Source: Candidatus Poseidoniaceae archaeon (GTDB taxonomy: Archaea > Thermoplasmatota > Poseidoniia > Poseidoniales > Poseidoniaceae). From it: a DNA stretch of 64,000 nucleotides. The notes beneath the pieces are model-generated. The model saw nothing but the letters and a program-made list of their open reading frames with translations, was not told the origin of the DNA and ran no database searches. Shown piece by piece: positions 29,509 through 40,712 of the stretch. The stretch covers positions 121 to 64,120 of the forward strand of contig JBJLAY010000028.1 in NCBI GenBank assembly GCA_045568475.1, in the 5' to 3' direction. The first letter of the stretch is position 1. Every line of letters starts with the position of its first letter. The position numbers and the translations under genes were made by a program.

Positions 29509-32500
29509 ATGATGACTGAGACTCGACAATACGCAACGGGACTGTCCATGGAGGCAGTACCTGCTGGCCAATCTATGCCCGATTGGCTTGTTGACGCATT
29601 GTTACACGGCCGGAAACTGATGATAATACATCCTAGCGAAGCATCCCGGAAGCAGAGCATAGAACTTCTCCATGCCCACGGGGGTGGTAAGTCAATAGAC
29701 ACTACTCATCACCTCACAATAAAACGATTGATTGGTATTTTACATCTCGATTTACGACTTCCTGTTCTGATGGAAGACGACGGGGTGTTATTCGAAAAAA
29801 CACACAAAGCATTAGCACAGGCGGCTAAGAATTACGGGTTCCCCTTATTGCAAGCAAATCCCCAAAACCGCTGGTCTAGATCAAGAAGCCGCCGCCTTCT
29901 GTCTTTACACAAGGAGTTAATCAAACTCAAGAGGCCTTGGGATTGGGAAGAAGACCCAGGGGCAAAATCTTGTGACAAGGTCCTAAAGGGCCTAGAGAAA
30001 GAAATGCAAGCAACCCACCCCTCATGTTTGGATCGAGCAGTTTGGAATGGTTTGAAAGAAAGCCAAGAAGCACCATTCACTATTTCTGATGTTGAAGGCA
30101 TAATAATGCTCGACCATCCTCCAGGTCTGAGCGAAGTTGTGATTGCAATACTGCAGGAGCTGTCTCGATTCACAGGATTCCACCAGTTGGTGAACCCGGG
30201 CTCTCACCGGCTTGGGTTTCATGGCGAATATGTTGAGGACATATCTCCAGTGCGAAATAACAAATCATTACCCAACTGGGTTCCTGAGCATGATGTATGG
30301 GCTGCAGAAGCATCCCCTGGGTGGTTAACCAGCATTGGGATAAATCGAAAATCAAACATTCATCATCTAATGTGTGAATTACAAAGCCATACTCCTCTAG
30401 CATTGGCAAATATGCTAACTCATCTCGAAGGAGATGTTCTAGTTGTTAGTGGCGATGCCGAGTCCTTGAAGCAATCTTTGAAGCCCCATTTAGATATGAT
30501 GGGGCACAAATTGTCAACGCCTTCCATCAAAGTTAGCGATAGCAGTGCTGTTGCAAGAATCATGTCTATTGTTGATATTTCTCGAGGAGAAGAGGCATGG
30601 TCATTATCTCGTTTGAACGATATTTGGTCACAGATTGAGTTGCCGATGTCTTGGCCAATATTGGACATCCAGCACCCATCGGAACAGGAGTGGAAACCAA
30701 AATTACATTCTAGTATTCTTACTGAGATAGCCAGAGGATTCCATCTATTAGGCGGCAGAGGGGCTCTGAGAAGATGGATATCCGTACTCTCTCAAGCAAC
30801 CCCTAGAGCGGGTGTTGACCCAATTAGGAGAAGTAGAGAGTTAGAAGAATGCCAATGGTGGCTCGCCTGCATCGCAAATTGGATGCACCCAATTTTGTCA
30901 TCGGCAGATCAAGAATCAATTCCACAGTCTATCGTTGGCTGTTCTTCAGGAGAAATACTTCCCATTCCTCAGCAGCCGAGTGACGCGATATCTTGGATGA
31001 ATTCATGTATGGAGCAAATCGATTGGGACATGTTAGCATCCAGAGATCAGGTTTCTGCAAACACCATTCCTGGGCTGCAACACCTAGTAACTTCAATATC
31101 TAAATTGCAAGAAGAAGATATACAAATTAATTCCGAAAACTTTAGCGAAATTTTAGAGAGCATTGCTTCGCAGGCCGAAATTCCTAGCATGAGAGCAGGA
31201 GATAAAGGCATCAAAATACTGGAGCCATCACAAGCATTTGGCCTCCAAGCGGAAAACCTAATTCTGTGCGGATTAGATTCTGAAACTTGGTCAATGAAAC
31301 CCTCTCAAATACCCTGGTTGGACGAAGCAAGCCGTATGAAAATAGGGTTGCACAGGCCGGATGAATCTCTAAGGCAAGGAAGGCACATTCTTCGACATTT
31401 ATTGAATAGTGCAAAAGAAATCGTAATCATAGATTCAAGTCTTGAAGAGGGAATAGAACTAGCAGGCCCTCTAGATGAATGGTTTAGTGATATTAACAGG
31501 GAGGGCGACCTTGCAAAGATGCATCAAGCACCACCCTTCATCGATAATTCTTCTTGGCACCCCGAGACTCCTAATCGCTCATGGGAATGGAAAACAATTC
31601 GTGGAGAAACGGTTCTAGTTTTCAGAGTAAATTCAATGGAAACAATAGAAGGAAGAGTTCGTACCCACAGAAGTGGGAATCTTAACAGAGACTACGTGCA
31701 ACGTGCCGGATTGTCCACTCTCGAATCCCGCAGACCTACATTGTTGCCTCTAAATCTTGATTCACTCCTTTCTGCTGCAGAAGTAGAAATCCTTGCAGAC
31801 CAGTATTCTCGAAGAAGAACGGGAGAGGGCCTTGAGCTTGGCGAAATATTCGAGTTCAGCGAGGCTCCAAATCGAATACAATCTATTGATATCAACCTCA
31901 TTCCCACAAAGAGTAAACCAGCAAATGCTCGACAATCTGATGCATGGCCTCACTTAGGTATAATGGGCAAAAAAAGCCTAGGCCTCCCAATAGATCCTCG
32001 GCCAATTCAACCACCTTCAACTATGATCGAATCACTAGATGGTATAACTGGCAGAAGCGAAAACCAACTTAGATTACCAGTAGTTTGGTCACAAGGCCGC
32101 CTTCAATCATGGCTTGAATGTCCCAGAAAAGCATGGTTTCAACGCCATATGTACCTTGGTAAAGATGACAATATGAGAGAGGATTTAGCAGCCACTGCAA
32201 GAGGAGACATAGTCCACCAGGTAGAAGAAGCGATATTACGAGCCCATGGCCTTGAAGAAGGCACAATTCCTGATGCCCCGGTTACATTACAATCAGGACC
32301 AGTAGATTTGGATTCAGCATGGTTAATCGCATTACAGACTTTGGAAGACAAAGCACCTTGGATGCGTAGGGAAGACGGCATTTCAGCCCATAGGTGTAGA
32401 GATCTGATTGGGGTTTCCCCCGGGCGTTGGAAAGAATGGATTGAATCTAGAACCCCAATAGAATTAGGTGGAAGAATCGGTAGAATGTTAGAATCAGATT

Positions 32501-33180
32501 TCGCACTTACTGATGCAGCCCCCATAGCCTCGGAATGGGAACTAGAAAGCAATGGGAACAAAAGAGTTGAACTCGGGTTACCCGATTGTGAAACTACTTT
32601 CAATCTACGCGGCAGGGTTGACAGAGTCGACCAATTGTTGTCATACCGGCATGAGAATTCGGGAGTTACAGATGTCATACCCTTAGATTTTGAATTTGAC
32701 AACCCTCCAAAATCTAACAGATTAGTGATTATCAGGGATCTAAAATCTGTAGATGGTACAAAAGATAATGGCGGTGATGAACGCCATCTTAAGGCAATAT
32801 TCAACGAATTACAATTGGCCCTATATGCACGTGCTTGGGAAATAGCAAACCCCGGCGACAGGGTAATTGGAGTAGGTGCAACTCAAGTGGGGATAGATAC
32901 TCATCCTTATCTCGAAGTAGATCCCGAGTTCATTGAAGAGTGTGACAATCTAGAAGTTGGTTCAGTACAAGGGCAAACTCATGACCATTACAGATTACCA
33001 GGGGATTCCAAGGATGAAACATCTAATCCGTTTAGAGCATGGATGAGAGAAAGAATCACAACAGCAATCAGAGTAATAGAAAATGCAACTGCTGGCAATA
33101 TACATCCTGAACCATCAGAATCCTGCAAGTATTGTCCGATAACAGAATCTTGTCCAAGTGCTTTACGAGGTGGTTGGTGA
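29509..33180 (+). CDS. AddB/AdnA-like subunit: inactive helicase fold plus PD-(D/E)XK nuclease
   Basis: No Walker A; WLECP, RGDIVH, RGRVDRVD, DLKS, QLALY, CKYCPITESC. Confidence 0.82.
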   Translation: MMTETRQYATGLSMEAVPAGQSMPDWLVDALLHGRKLMIIHPSEASRKQSIELLHAHGGGKSIDTTHHLTIKRLIGILHLDLRLPVLMEDDGVLFEKTHKALAQAAKNYGFPLLQANPQNRWSRSRSRRLLSLHKELIKLKRPWDWEEDPGAKSCDKVLKGLEKEMQATHPSCLDRAVWNGLKESQEAPFTISDVEGIIMLDHPPGLSEVVIAILQELSRFTGFHQLVNPGSHRLGFHGEYVEDISPVRNNKSLPNWVPEHDVWAAEASPGWLTSIGINRKSNIHHLMCELQSHTPLALANMLTHLEGDVLVVSGDAESLKQSLKPHLDMMGHKLSTPSIKVSDSSAVARIMSIVDISRGEEAWSLSRLNDIWSQIELPMSWPILDIQHPSEQEWKPKLHSSILTEIARGFHLLGGRGALRRWISVLSQATPRAGVDPIRRSRELEECQWWLACIANWMHPILSSADQESIPQSIVGCSSGEILPIPQQPSDAISWMNSCMEQIDWDMLASRDQVSANTIPGLQHLVTSISKLQEEDIQINSENFSEILESIASQAEIPSMRAGDKGIKILEPSQAFGLQAENLILCGLDSETWSMKPSQIPWLDEASRMKIGLHRPDESLRQGRHILRHLLNSAKEIVIIDSSLEEGIELAGPLDEWFSDINREGDLAKMHQAPPFIDNSSWHPETPNRSWEWKTIRGETVLVFRVNSMETIEGRVRTHRSGNLNRDYVQRAGLSTLESRRPTLLPLNLDSLLSAAEVEILADQYSRRRTGEGLELGEIFEFSEAPNRIQSIDINLIPTKSKPANARQSDAWPHLGIMGKKSLGLPIDPRPIQPPSTMIESLDGITGRSENQLRLPVVWSQGRLQSWLECPRKAWFQRHMYLGKDDNMREDLAATARGDIVHQVEEAILRAHGLEEGTIPDAPVTLQSGPVDLDSAWLIALQTLEDKAPWMRREDGISAHRCRDLIGVSPGRWKEWIESRTPIELGGRIGRMLESDFALTDAAPIASEWELESNGNKRVELGLPDCETTFNLRGRVDRVDQLLSYRHENSGVTDVIPLDFEFDNPPKSNRLVIIRDLKSVDGTKDNGGDERHLKAIFNELQLALYARAWEIANPGDRVIGVGATQVGIDTHPYLEVDPEFIEECDNLEVGSVQGQTHDHYRLPGDSKDETSNPFRAWMRERITTAIRVIENATAGNIHPEPSESCKYCPITESCPSALRGGW

Positions 33181-36100
33181 TGATTAATTTCAACCGTTCT
33201 CAAAGATTAGGCCTTGATATTGATAGGCACATTGCTCTTGATGCGGGGGCAGGTACTGGTAAAACCACAGTAATGGCAAGCAGATATCTCCAACACCTAC
33301 TATCGGGTGACCAAAGAGCCACTAGACTGTTACCTTCTGCACCCAGAATTCCATTACAAGGAATGGGTGCGATTAGATGCCCTTCAAGAGAGAGAACGAC
33401 CCTTACAGACTGGCCGGGGCTACTACCTACTGAAACTGTAGCCATCACTTTCACTCGTAAAGCAGCCGCAGAATTAAAAGGACGAATTAGGAGACTCATC
33501 GCCTCTTTGCGTGCCCAACCTACCAGTGAAGGAGACGCCGATGGAGTTCATGACACTAGGTTGCGTAATCAGGGCGATGTGGCAATGTTACTTTCGTTAG
33601 TCGATGATGCACCAATCTCTACTATTGACTCGTTTTTATCATCAATTGTTTCTCCTTGGTTGGGACTTGTATGCGATGATCCAACCAGTGAACAAGTCGA
33701 TGAAGATGGAGCTATTTTTCTTAGAGAAGAAGCGATTAGAACAGCATGGAGATTACAACGCGGTATCGAGGGTATCGAGGCGGGGATGTCGGGAGATATT
33801 GAATCATTCTTGACAGCAAGAGACAGACTTTCAGTACTACTGGGGGGCCAATCATCATCTTCAACTGTAGTTAGAGGTATGCTGAAGCGTTCACTATTCG
33901 TCGAAGAAGCAGCAAGAAGGTTGAACGCAGGCGATTTAGAAAACATTAACGCTTCAACACTCGATGATTTATTCATCAATCCAATAATGGAATTTATTGA
34001 TGATTGGTATGCCGAATTCAGAGCGTACGTTACTCTATGGGTTGACGCATGGTTAGATGGCAGTGCTCTATTTGTTACAGAGGCGGATGAAGCGCAAGGA
34101 ATGACTCGCTATCGCTATGTCCAACATCTTTGTACCGTAGATGCTAACACTCAATTAGAGAGACTGCAATGGATTTGGCTTGTGTCACATGCAGTAACTA
34201 CTTTCAGAAATCTCAAAGAAATCAATTGTAAATCATTACATCATTCTCGCCCACCCAAAGGTAACGGTTGGCCGAGCGGTATTGCGACCAAAGGAGAATG
34301 CACATTGCAGAATGCAGTCAAGGACATGATAACAGCGAATGCTAGTGAACATGCTAACTCAATCAAAGCAATGCTACACACTTCCAGAGGTCTACTAATA
34401 CGTATACTTGGGCAATCATCACACCTACTCAATCCCTTATTTGCCGACCCAAATCCAGTTCCAGGGCAGATTGCTTATCCTCCAAGATTGGATGTAGACT
34501 TACCACAATTACCTCCGTGTGAATCAATGAGGCTGACTACCGAATTAGAAATTCAAGTGATTCAAGATTTATTCACTGTTCATCACGGAGTTCAAGAAAT
34601 CCTATCTCGTTTGAAAGTACAAGAGGGGGTTAGAGATCACGACGATATGCACCGTCTAGCTGAGGATTTACTATTGACTAAATGTCCAGCAGTATGTCGA
34701 AGTTGGTATCCAACATCAGTTATAGATGCTCTAGACTCCATTGGCGAGAGACCTTGGTCGGATGACCATTTACACCTTGCAATTCATGCCAGCCAAGGCA
34801 ATGAAGAAGTGCACGTTGATTTGATGCGCCGAATCGACATTTTACGAGAATTAAGAAGACAGTACAGGGCCTTCATTATCGATGAGTACCAAGATACAAA
34901 CCCACAACATTTCAGATTATTAGCAAGACTTTGGGGCCGCAGAAAGATATCGGAATCAGAACCTCCTCCCCCTGCCTCGCAATGGGATCCAACAATATGC
35001 ATTGTAGGTGACATGAAGCAGTCTATCTACCGATTTAGGCAAGCAGAAGTAACAGTAATGAGAACTGCAGTGGCTGCAATTAGGGAAATGAACCGTGACG
35101 AGGCAATTATGGAATCTCGAACCGAAAGCCTTCGCAGGCCCGATGCAGCGAGAGACCCTAGGCCAATACCTGGGGCCACTGGAGAATCGACAACCTTCGT
35201 TCGTTCAAGTGAATTATTGAGTGAGGATGCTGATAGAAACGAATGGATTTCTTTCCACTTAGATGATGACGAAGAAACGATCGATAATGAACTGCTTAAT
35301 CGAAGAAGAGAAGGGCATATCGAGATGTCGACAAACCATCGAACGCTTCCAAGATTGATGAATACGATGAATTCAATTTTCCAAGATTCGTTCTCAGACA
35401 GGCACCATATTTTACCCGGGCCGTGGCACGCCGAAGCCCAAGATTTGTCACCTGCCAGAAGTTCAGAAACCAATGCAAAATTGGAATGGATTCTTCCGGC
35501 TAGAACTGGAAATGGTATGAGGCCAACAGATCCAGAGGTTGCCATTGACCCATTCCTCTACGAAGGTTCCAAAGATCGAGAACTTGCAGCCAACCTACTA
35601 GCTAAGAGAATATCTGCACTGATTAACGGAGGGCCTGCTCGAATATATTCGGTATCTTCAGATTCATGGCTTGACGTTGCTGAAGAATCTGGAGCCTATC
35701 GGGCCGAGGATATCATGATCCTTGTGGCTTCACACAGTAGAGTTCCACAGTTGATAGATGCCCTAGATCGCCACGGAGTTCCAGCGATGGCAGGCAAGCA
35801 AGGAGTACTATTACACCGTCCAGTAATTCAACCATTGATGTCATTACTATGGCTTCTGACATCGCCAAATGACAAGAGCGCAGCATTAGCAGTGGCAAGG
35901 TCGACTTTGATAGGAATGAATGATTCTGATTTAATCGAACATCTTTCTAATCATGATGGGAATCAGTTACGGGGTCTGATAGATTCCGCTCCAACAGAAG
36001 AGGTTGGCTCTCTAATTTCTAGGTTCGAGGACCTTGCATCCAAAGGAAAAATCAGGGATGCGATAGAAACAGCAATCGATTATTCCGATTTACTCTATTC

Positions 36101-38009
36101 TTATCCACGCGAAGGAGACAGACAAGATGTTGAGAACTGGTTGTCGCTTTATGATCGAATTGCAGATAGAGTTGGAGGCGATGCTGCATTAGTTTACAGG
36201 CGATTGACAGAACTTTCCAATCTTGACGATAAGGATGCACCAAAGAGCAGTTCCCCTGGTTCTTCAGGGGCCGTTCAAATTCTTTCTATACACGGTTCAA
36301 AGGGACTAGAGGCGCCGGTTGTGGTAGCGTACGATGTATTCGCTACTGGTACTCGCGACACCTCTTTTTCATCTTCAGACAACGTTCTAGTTACCCCGGA
36401 CATAGTTGCTGGAAGAATACATCCATGGCGAGGCTCAGATAAGCCCCTAAGTGGTTTATGGACGCTTGCTAATTTGTTTGATGACGGCCAGCAAAGAGCT
36501 GAGCGTAGACGCCAATTTTACGTCGCTCTGACAAGAGCGAGGGACCGAGTAATCATCGCAGGAACATCATCGAGCGGTGCTACAATAGACGCCAACGGAT
36601 TAATCAAAATGAAACGAGGAAAGGGCCGACAGAATATGGGTCAAATGTTCTTGGATGGATTAGCCCATGCATCAATAGAAGCAGGAAACGAAGGTTGCAG
36701 TTGGTCAGTAGGCGGAATTGACCAAACGGCTTCAACACTTCATTTGGACCCAGGGCAATTATACCTCAACGCCTACCTCGGCGATAATTGCGTTCAAGGA
36801 ATTTCGATTTTCCATCACCCCGATTGCTTTGAGAGTAATGCCCAAGCATCAACTCTAAACATTTGGAGACAAAGATTAGACTTGTCCCAAACCGTAGAAT
36901 CAAATCCTGTGGATAGCATTCCAAAAGCCATCACTTTCAATGTGCCAATGACCTCTCATGGGCTTGATGTAACACACGCTTGTAACAGGAGGCATTGGCT
37001 GTCAAGTAAATTAAATTGGAATTCAGAACGGTTCGAATTCATCACTCATAATAAAGAAGATATGTATTGGCCTGCAGCAACGGAGTTCGGGTCACTATTC
37101 CATAGATTATTGGAAATTGGTTTAGCAAACCCTGGCTCAAATGCCGGTGACCTAGATGCAACTTGGACTCAGAAACAGTTAGACAATCTGACTAATGAAA
37201 AGACACTGGATGAAGTCATGGCACAATCAAGTATTACAGATGAAGAAATCACCGGTAGAACCCGACTTAGATTGTTACACTTAGGTAAATTAGCTAGAAA
37301 TGGAGCACTTGGCAAATTAGTTTCAGGCGAGGAATACGACGGATTCAAAGTTGAAGGATTGCGTACTGAGTTACCATTCTATCTCTCATTGAACCATCGT
37401 CCAGATTCGCTACACAGATCAATTTGGACACCTCACGGGCGCCAAATTAAGTCTGTAATCGAGTCAATAAACGCAATTTTTGATGGAAGAGCAGACCTAG
37501 TTCTAGCACTCAGGGACCGAGAATCTCAAGGATGGTTACAGGTAGTTGACGCTAAGACAAAACAATGTCTTGGGGGATTCAATCCCTCAAACCCTTTGGA
37601 AGGTAATGAATTACAGATGTCTCTAAGCGAGACCTCGCCCCATGCATCATCTCCTTCCGAAGAAGCCATAATTGCCGAACATCGGCTTCAATTGACACTT
37701 TACAGCCTGGCTTTAGAAATCGGCGAAGCAATCAAGCCTGAATCCGAGAGGCGAAAAATTCTGCCGCCAGCGATTCAAATTTCAGCCTCAGGCAGAATGG
37801 TTCGTATGACTGACGAAGATTACAAGGAGGCAAGATTGGATTTGGATGAATTGATTAGGTGGATTGGAGAAACCGAAGCATTAGAAGAAGAAGCAACCCC
37901 TCCTAGAAGGTTACCAGTGGAGCAATCTTCAACATGTGAGTCGTGCCCTTACTACAGTGGTTCAATCAAACTTTGTGGCCCTGAAGGTGAGAGGCTTGGC
38001 CCAGCATAA
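33180..38009 (+). CDS. AddA/AdnB-like UvrD (SF1A) helicase-nuclease
   Basis: AGAGTGKT, TFTRKAA, IDEYQD, VGDMKQSIYRFR, HGSKGLE, YVALTRA; nuclease GRAD, DAKT, QLTLY. ATG overlaps the upstream TGA. Confidence 0.9.
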   Translation: MINFNRSQRLGLDIDRHIALDAGAGTGKTTVMASRYLQHLLSGDQRATRLLPSAPRIPLQGMGAIRCPSRERTTLTDWPGLLPTETVAITFTRKAAAELKGRIRRLIASLRAQPTSEGDADGVHDTRLRNQGDVAMLLSLVDDAPISTIDSFLSSIVSPWLGLVCDDPTSEQVDEDGAIFLREEAIRTAWRLQRGIEGIEAGMSGDIESFLTARDRLSVLLGGQSSSSTVVRGMLKRSLFVEEAARRLNAGDLENINASTLDDLFINPIMEFIDDWYAEFRAYVTLWVDAWLDGSALFVTEADEAQGMTRYRYVQHLCTVDANTQLERLQWIWLVSHAVTTFRNLKEINCKSLHHSRPPKGNGWPSGIATKGECTLQNAVKDMITANASEHANSIKAMLHTSRGLLIRILGQSSHLLNPLFADPNPVPGQIAYPPRLDVDLPQLPPCESMRLTTELEIQVIQDLFTVHHGVQEILSRLKVQEGVRDHDDMHRLAEDLLLTKCPAVCRSWYPTSVIDALDSIGERPWSDDHLHLAIHASQGNEEVHVDLMRRIDILRELRRQYRAFIIDEYQDTNPQHFRLLARLWGRRKISESEPPPPASQWDPTICIVGDMKQSIYRFRQAEVTVMRTAVAAIREMNRDEAIMESRTESLRRPDAARDPRPIPGATGESTTFVRSSELLSEDADRNEWISFHLDDDEETIDNELLNRRREGHIEMSTNHRTLPRLMNTMNSIFQDSFSDRHHILPGPWHAEAQDLSPARSSETNAKLEWILPARTGNGMRPTDPEVAIDPFLYEGSKDRELAANLLAKRISALINGGPARIYSVSSDSWLDVAEESGAYRAEDIMILVASHSRVPQLIDALDRHGVPAMAGKQGVLLHRPVIQPLMSLLWLLTSPNDKSAALAVARSTLIGMNDSDLIEHLSNHDGNQLRGLIDSAPTEEVGSLISRFEDLASKGKIRDAIETAIDYSDLLYSYPREGDRQDVENWLSLYDRIADRVGGDAALVYRRLTELSNLDDKDAPKSSSPGSSGAVQILSIHGSKGLEAPVVVAYDVFATGTRDTSFSSSDNVLVTPDIVAGRIHPWRGSDKPLSGLWTLANLFDDGQQRAERRRQFYVALTRARDRVIIAGTSSSGATIDANGLIKMKRGKGRQNMGQMFLDGLAHASIEAGNEGCSWSVGGIDQTASTLHLDPGQLYLNAYLGDNCVQGISIFHHPDCFESNAQASTLNIWRQRLDLSQTVESNPVDSIPKAITFNVPMTSHGLDVTHACNRRHWLSSKLNWNSERFEFITHNKEDMYWPAATEFGSLFHRLLEIGLANPGSNAGDLDATWTQKQLDNLTNEKTLDEVMAQSSITDEEITGRTRLRLLHLGKLARNGALGKLVSGEEYDGFKVEGLRTELPFYLSLNHRPDSLHRSIWTPHGRQIKSVIESINAIFDGRADLVLALRDRESQGWLQVVDAKTKQCLGGFNPSNPLEGNELQMSLSETSPHASSPSEEAIIAEHRLQLTLYSLALEIGEAIKPESERRKILPPAIQISASGRMVRMTDEDYKEARLDLDELIRWIGETEALEEEATPPRRLPVEQSSTCESCPYYSGSIKLCGPEGERLGPA

Positions 38010-38601
38010 CCAATGTTCCTGGAAAATCATCTTTTGAAGCGACTTGATGGATTTCTACATTAGTAAAACCAGCCGAAACCATTGCGTCTTTCCATTGTGC
38101 AATACTTAGGGTAGTCATGTGAACTCCAACGTGCTCAGGCCATGTTAGGGACTCTTCATGCTCCTTGTAATGGTCTACTCCTGCAACTAAGATACCCCCA
38201 TCATTCAGCCAATTGTCGTGAATAATGGAAATCATTTCTGCGGGGTCATGTAAGTAGTAGAGGAATTCCATAGAATGTACCAAATCAAAGGTTTGCTCAG
38301 GCTGCCATTCTGGAAGATATCCATGTGAATATTTGTGAACAGAATCGATTTCTTTTGCCTTGTTAATCATTGCTTCAGCGCCATCGACACCCTCGCTGTG
38401 TGCTGCACCTAATTCAGTTAGCATTCGCGTAACCCATCCATTACCACAACCTAGATCAATCGATGTGAAATCATTTCCAACCTTTGGTAAAGCAAGTTCT
38501 AACATCTTTTTGACAGAGGGGGCGTGTCCTCTTTCCATGCCCTCATCCTTACCGATTAATGCCCATTGAGAAAATACTTCAGTCGCAGACTTGGGTTGCA
38601 T
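37966..38601 (-). CDS. Class I SAM-dependent methyltransferase
   Basis: IDLGCGNG, FDLVHSMEFLYY. Confidence 0.88.
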   Translation of the reverse strand: MQPKSATEVFSQWALIGKDEGMERGHAPSVKKMLELALPKVGNDFTSIDLGCGNGWVTRMLTELGAAHSEGVDGAEAMINKAKEIDSVHKYSHGYLPEWQPEQTFDLVHSMEFLYYLHDPAEMISIIHDNWLNDGGILVAGVDHYKEHEESLTWPEHVGVHMTTLSIAQWKDAMVSAGFTNVEIHQVASKDDFPGTLVMLGQASHLQGHKV

Positions 38602-38681
38602 TATATGGCGCAATCGAATCACCTCGATAAACCGTGTGGATTAATCGAAAGGAACATGTTCTAGGTTCTATTGCAGAAATT

Positions 38682-39641
38682 ATGAACCTATCTTCGCAGA
38701 GTATTGACGATGTACTTTATCCGCAAATCGAAGCTCATACAAAAGGGGCATTGCAGGTATCGGAATTACACACGATCGCATGGGAGAGAAGCGGGAACCC
38801 TGAAGGAATTCCAGTCATAGTTATCCATGGCGGGCCGGGTGGCGGTAGTCAGCCATCTTATCGCCGTTATTTCAATCAACAAAAGTTCGATATCATTCAA
38901 TTCGATCAACGCGGTTGTGGACAGTCTACTCCTTATGCAGAACTAGAAGACAATAATACCCAAGCATCGGTTTCGGATTTAGAGAGTCTTCGGGGACATT
39001 TGGGTATCGAAAAATGGCATGTTTTCGGAGGTTCATGGGGCTCAACCTTGTCTTTGATTTATGCACAAACGCATCCAGAAAGAGCACTTAGCCTGGTCTT
39101 AAGAGGAATATTCATGTGTAGGAAAAGCGAGTTACAATGGTTTTACCAAGATGGAGCAAGTCACATTTTCCCTGATGCTTTTGATTCTTACAGAGACCAC
39201 ATCCCAGAGTCTGAACAGAATAACTTGATTGAAGCCTATTACTCAAGATTGACTAGCGGCGATGCCGAGATAAGAAGAGCAGCAGCCCGGGAATGGACTC
39301 GTTGGGAAATGGCAACTAGCAGACTTTTCCCCGACCCAGAATATCTGGATAAAGCAGAAGATTTGGATTTCGCGGTTGCCTTTGCTAGAATTGAATGCCA
39401 CTATTTCATCAATGCAATATTTGTCGAAGAAGCATATATTCTGAATAATGTATCCAAGATAGAATCAATTCCTACTACTATCGTACAGGGTAGATATGAC
39501 GTAGTGTGCCCTACAAAGAGCGCTTGGGAGCTGCATAAAGCATTACCAAATAGCAATCTAATCATCGTTCCAGATGCAGGACATTCTATGGGAGAAGTCA
39601 GTATCGCAAGAGAATTGGTTGCTGCAACCGACTCAATCTAA
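38682..39641 (+). CDS. pip: Proline iminopeptidase
   Basis: HGGPG, DQRGCG, GGSWG, QGRYD, AGH. Confidence 0.95.
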   Translation: MNLSSQSIDDVLYPQIEAHTKGALQVSELHTIAWERSGNPEGIPVIVIHGGPGGGSQPSYRRYFNQQKFDIIQFDQRGCGQSTPYAELEDNNTQASVSDLESLRGHLGIEKWHVFGGSWGSTLSLIYAQTHPERALSLVLRGIFMCRKSELQWFYQDGASHIFPDAFDSYRDHIPESEQNNLIEAYYSRLTSGDAEIRRAAAREWTRWEMATSRLFPDPEYLDKAEDLDFAVAFARIECHYFINAIFVEEAYILNNVSKIESIPTTIVQGRYDVVCPTKSAWELHKALPNSNLIIVPDAGHSMGEVSIARELVAATDSI

Positions 39642-39738
39642 CCACCAAGAGATTCAACAAATCTGGTATCGTTCAGGCGTCGGCTTGATATGTATGGCCA
39701 ATCTCGGTAGATAGGAAGGCATAGCCTTAGGTGAGAAA

Positions 39739-40701
39739 ATGTCCGAAAACGGAACCATCACTCCAGAAACCCAAAACAAGGAACTCACAGAGAAACTTGC
39801 TGAAGAAACAGAGCGTCTTCTTATTCTAATGGGCGCTTACGAGAAGCAAGAAAAAGAACTCGTTAGTACCAAGGCAGAAATCGAAGTTCTCGAGAAAGAA
39901 ATCGTAGAACGTGAAATTGAAAAAGAGAGTCTTGAGGCTCTGCTGACAGAGAAGGATGCACGAATTCGTGATCTGGAAATGAAGGCTAGTAAGTCTGGCA
40001 AGCAAGTGGAACACCTTGAACCAGAATTGCAAAAGATGGAAGAAAAGTTTGCAAGAGAAAAAGACCGCCTTGGAAAGGTATTCTCCATTGCTGAAGAATT
40101 AGACAATGATCTACGTCTTGCAGTTGTCGAACTCCAAACTCGTGATGAATGGTATATGGCTCACATGTCACTATTCGAAGATCTCAACAAAGCAATCAAG
40201 CGCCGCTATGAGATGATTGAAGCAGCAGCAGAAGCAGAACGCCAATCCCAGCATATGGGTAGAGCGATTACAGAAAGAATGGACGAAATGGTCGAGGCAA
40301 GAGCCGCCGAGATGACACTTTCAGAAGCTTCTGACATAGATGGAGCTGCATCAGAAGAAACTTCAACCACTGCTGAAGAGTCTAGCAATGACTCCGAAGA
40401 TTCCGAAGATGAATGGAACTGGTCAGAATCAGTTCTAGTTGGAGTCATGGAAAAGAACGGAATTACTGACCGTGACGCATTCATCGAGTTCGCTAAATCC
40501 TACGATATGGATGGAAACCAATATCTGAAAGGCTCCGAGTTAGGAGCAGCAGCAGTCGACTATGTAGCAAAAGATACTCCTGCTGAAGCCCCTGCTGAAA
40601 CCCCTTCTGAACCAGTAGCAGAAACAGTTGTAGAATCTACACCAGGCTCTGAACCTGAAGTAACCTGGAGAACATCCGGTGATACTTCGGAAAACCAGTG
40701 A
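39739..40701 (+). CDS. Coiled-coil protein with EF-hand-like loop and acidic tail
   Basis: About 190 aa of E/K/L heptads; DMDGNQYLKGSE; AGGTGA SD. Confidence 0.7.
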   Translation: MSENGTITPETQNKELTEKLAEETERLLILMGAYEKQEKELVSTKAEIEVLEKEIVEREIEKESLEALLTEKDARIRDLEMKASKSGKQVEHLEPELQKMEEKFAREKDRLGKVFSIAEELDNDLRLAVVELQTRDEWYMAHMSLFEDLNKAIKRRYEMIEAAAEAERQSQHMGRAITERMDEMVEARAAEMTLSEASDIDGAASEETSTTAEESSNDSEDSEDEWNWSESVLVGVMEKNGITDRDAFIEFAKSYDMDGNQYLKGSELGAAAVDYVAKDTPAEAPAETPSEPVAETVVESTPGSEPEVTWRTSGDTSENQ

Positions 40702-40712
40702 GGTGAGTAAAA

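Noticed and set aside
40560..40660. Short near-tandem repeat CCTGCTGAA(G/A)CC
   Set aside because: Explained by the low-complexity PAEAPAETP coding linker
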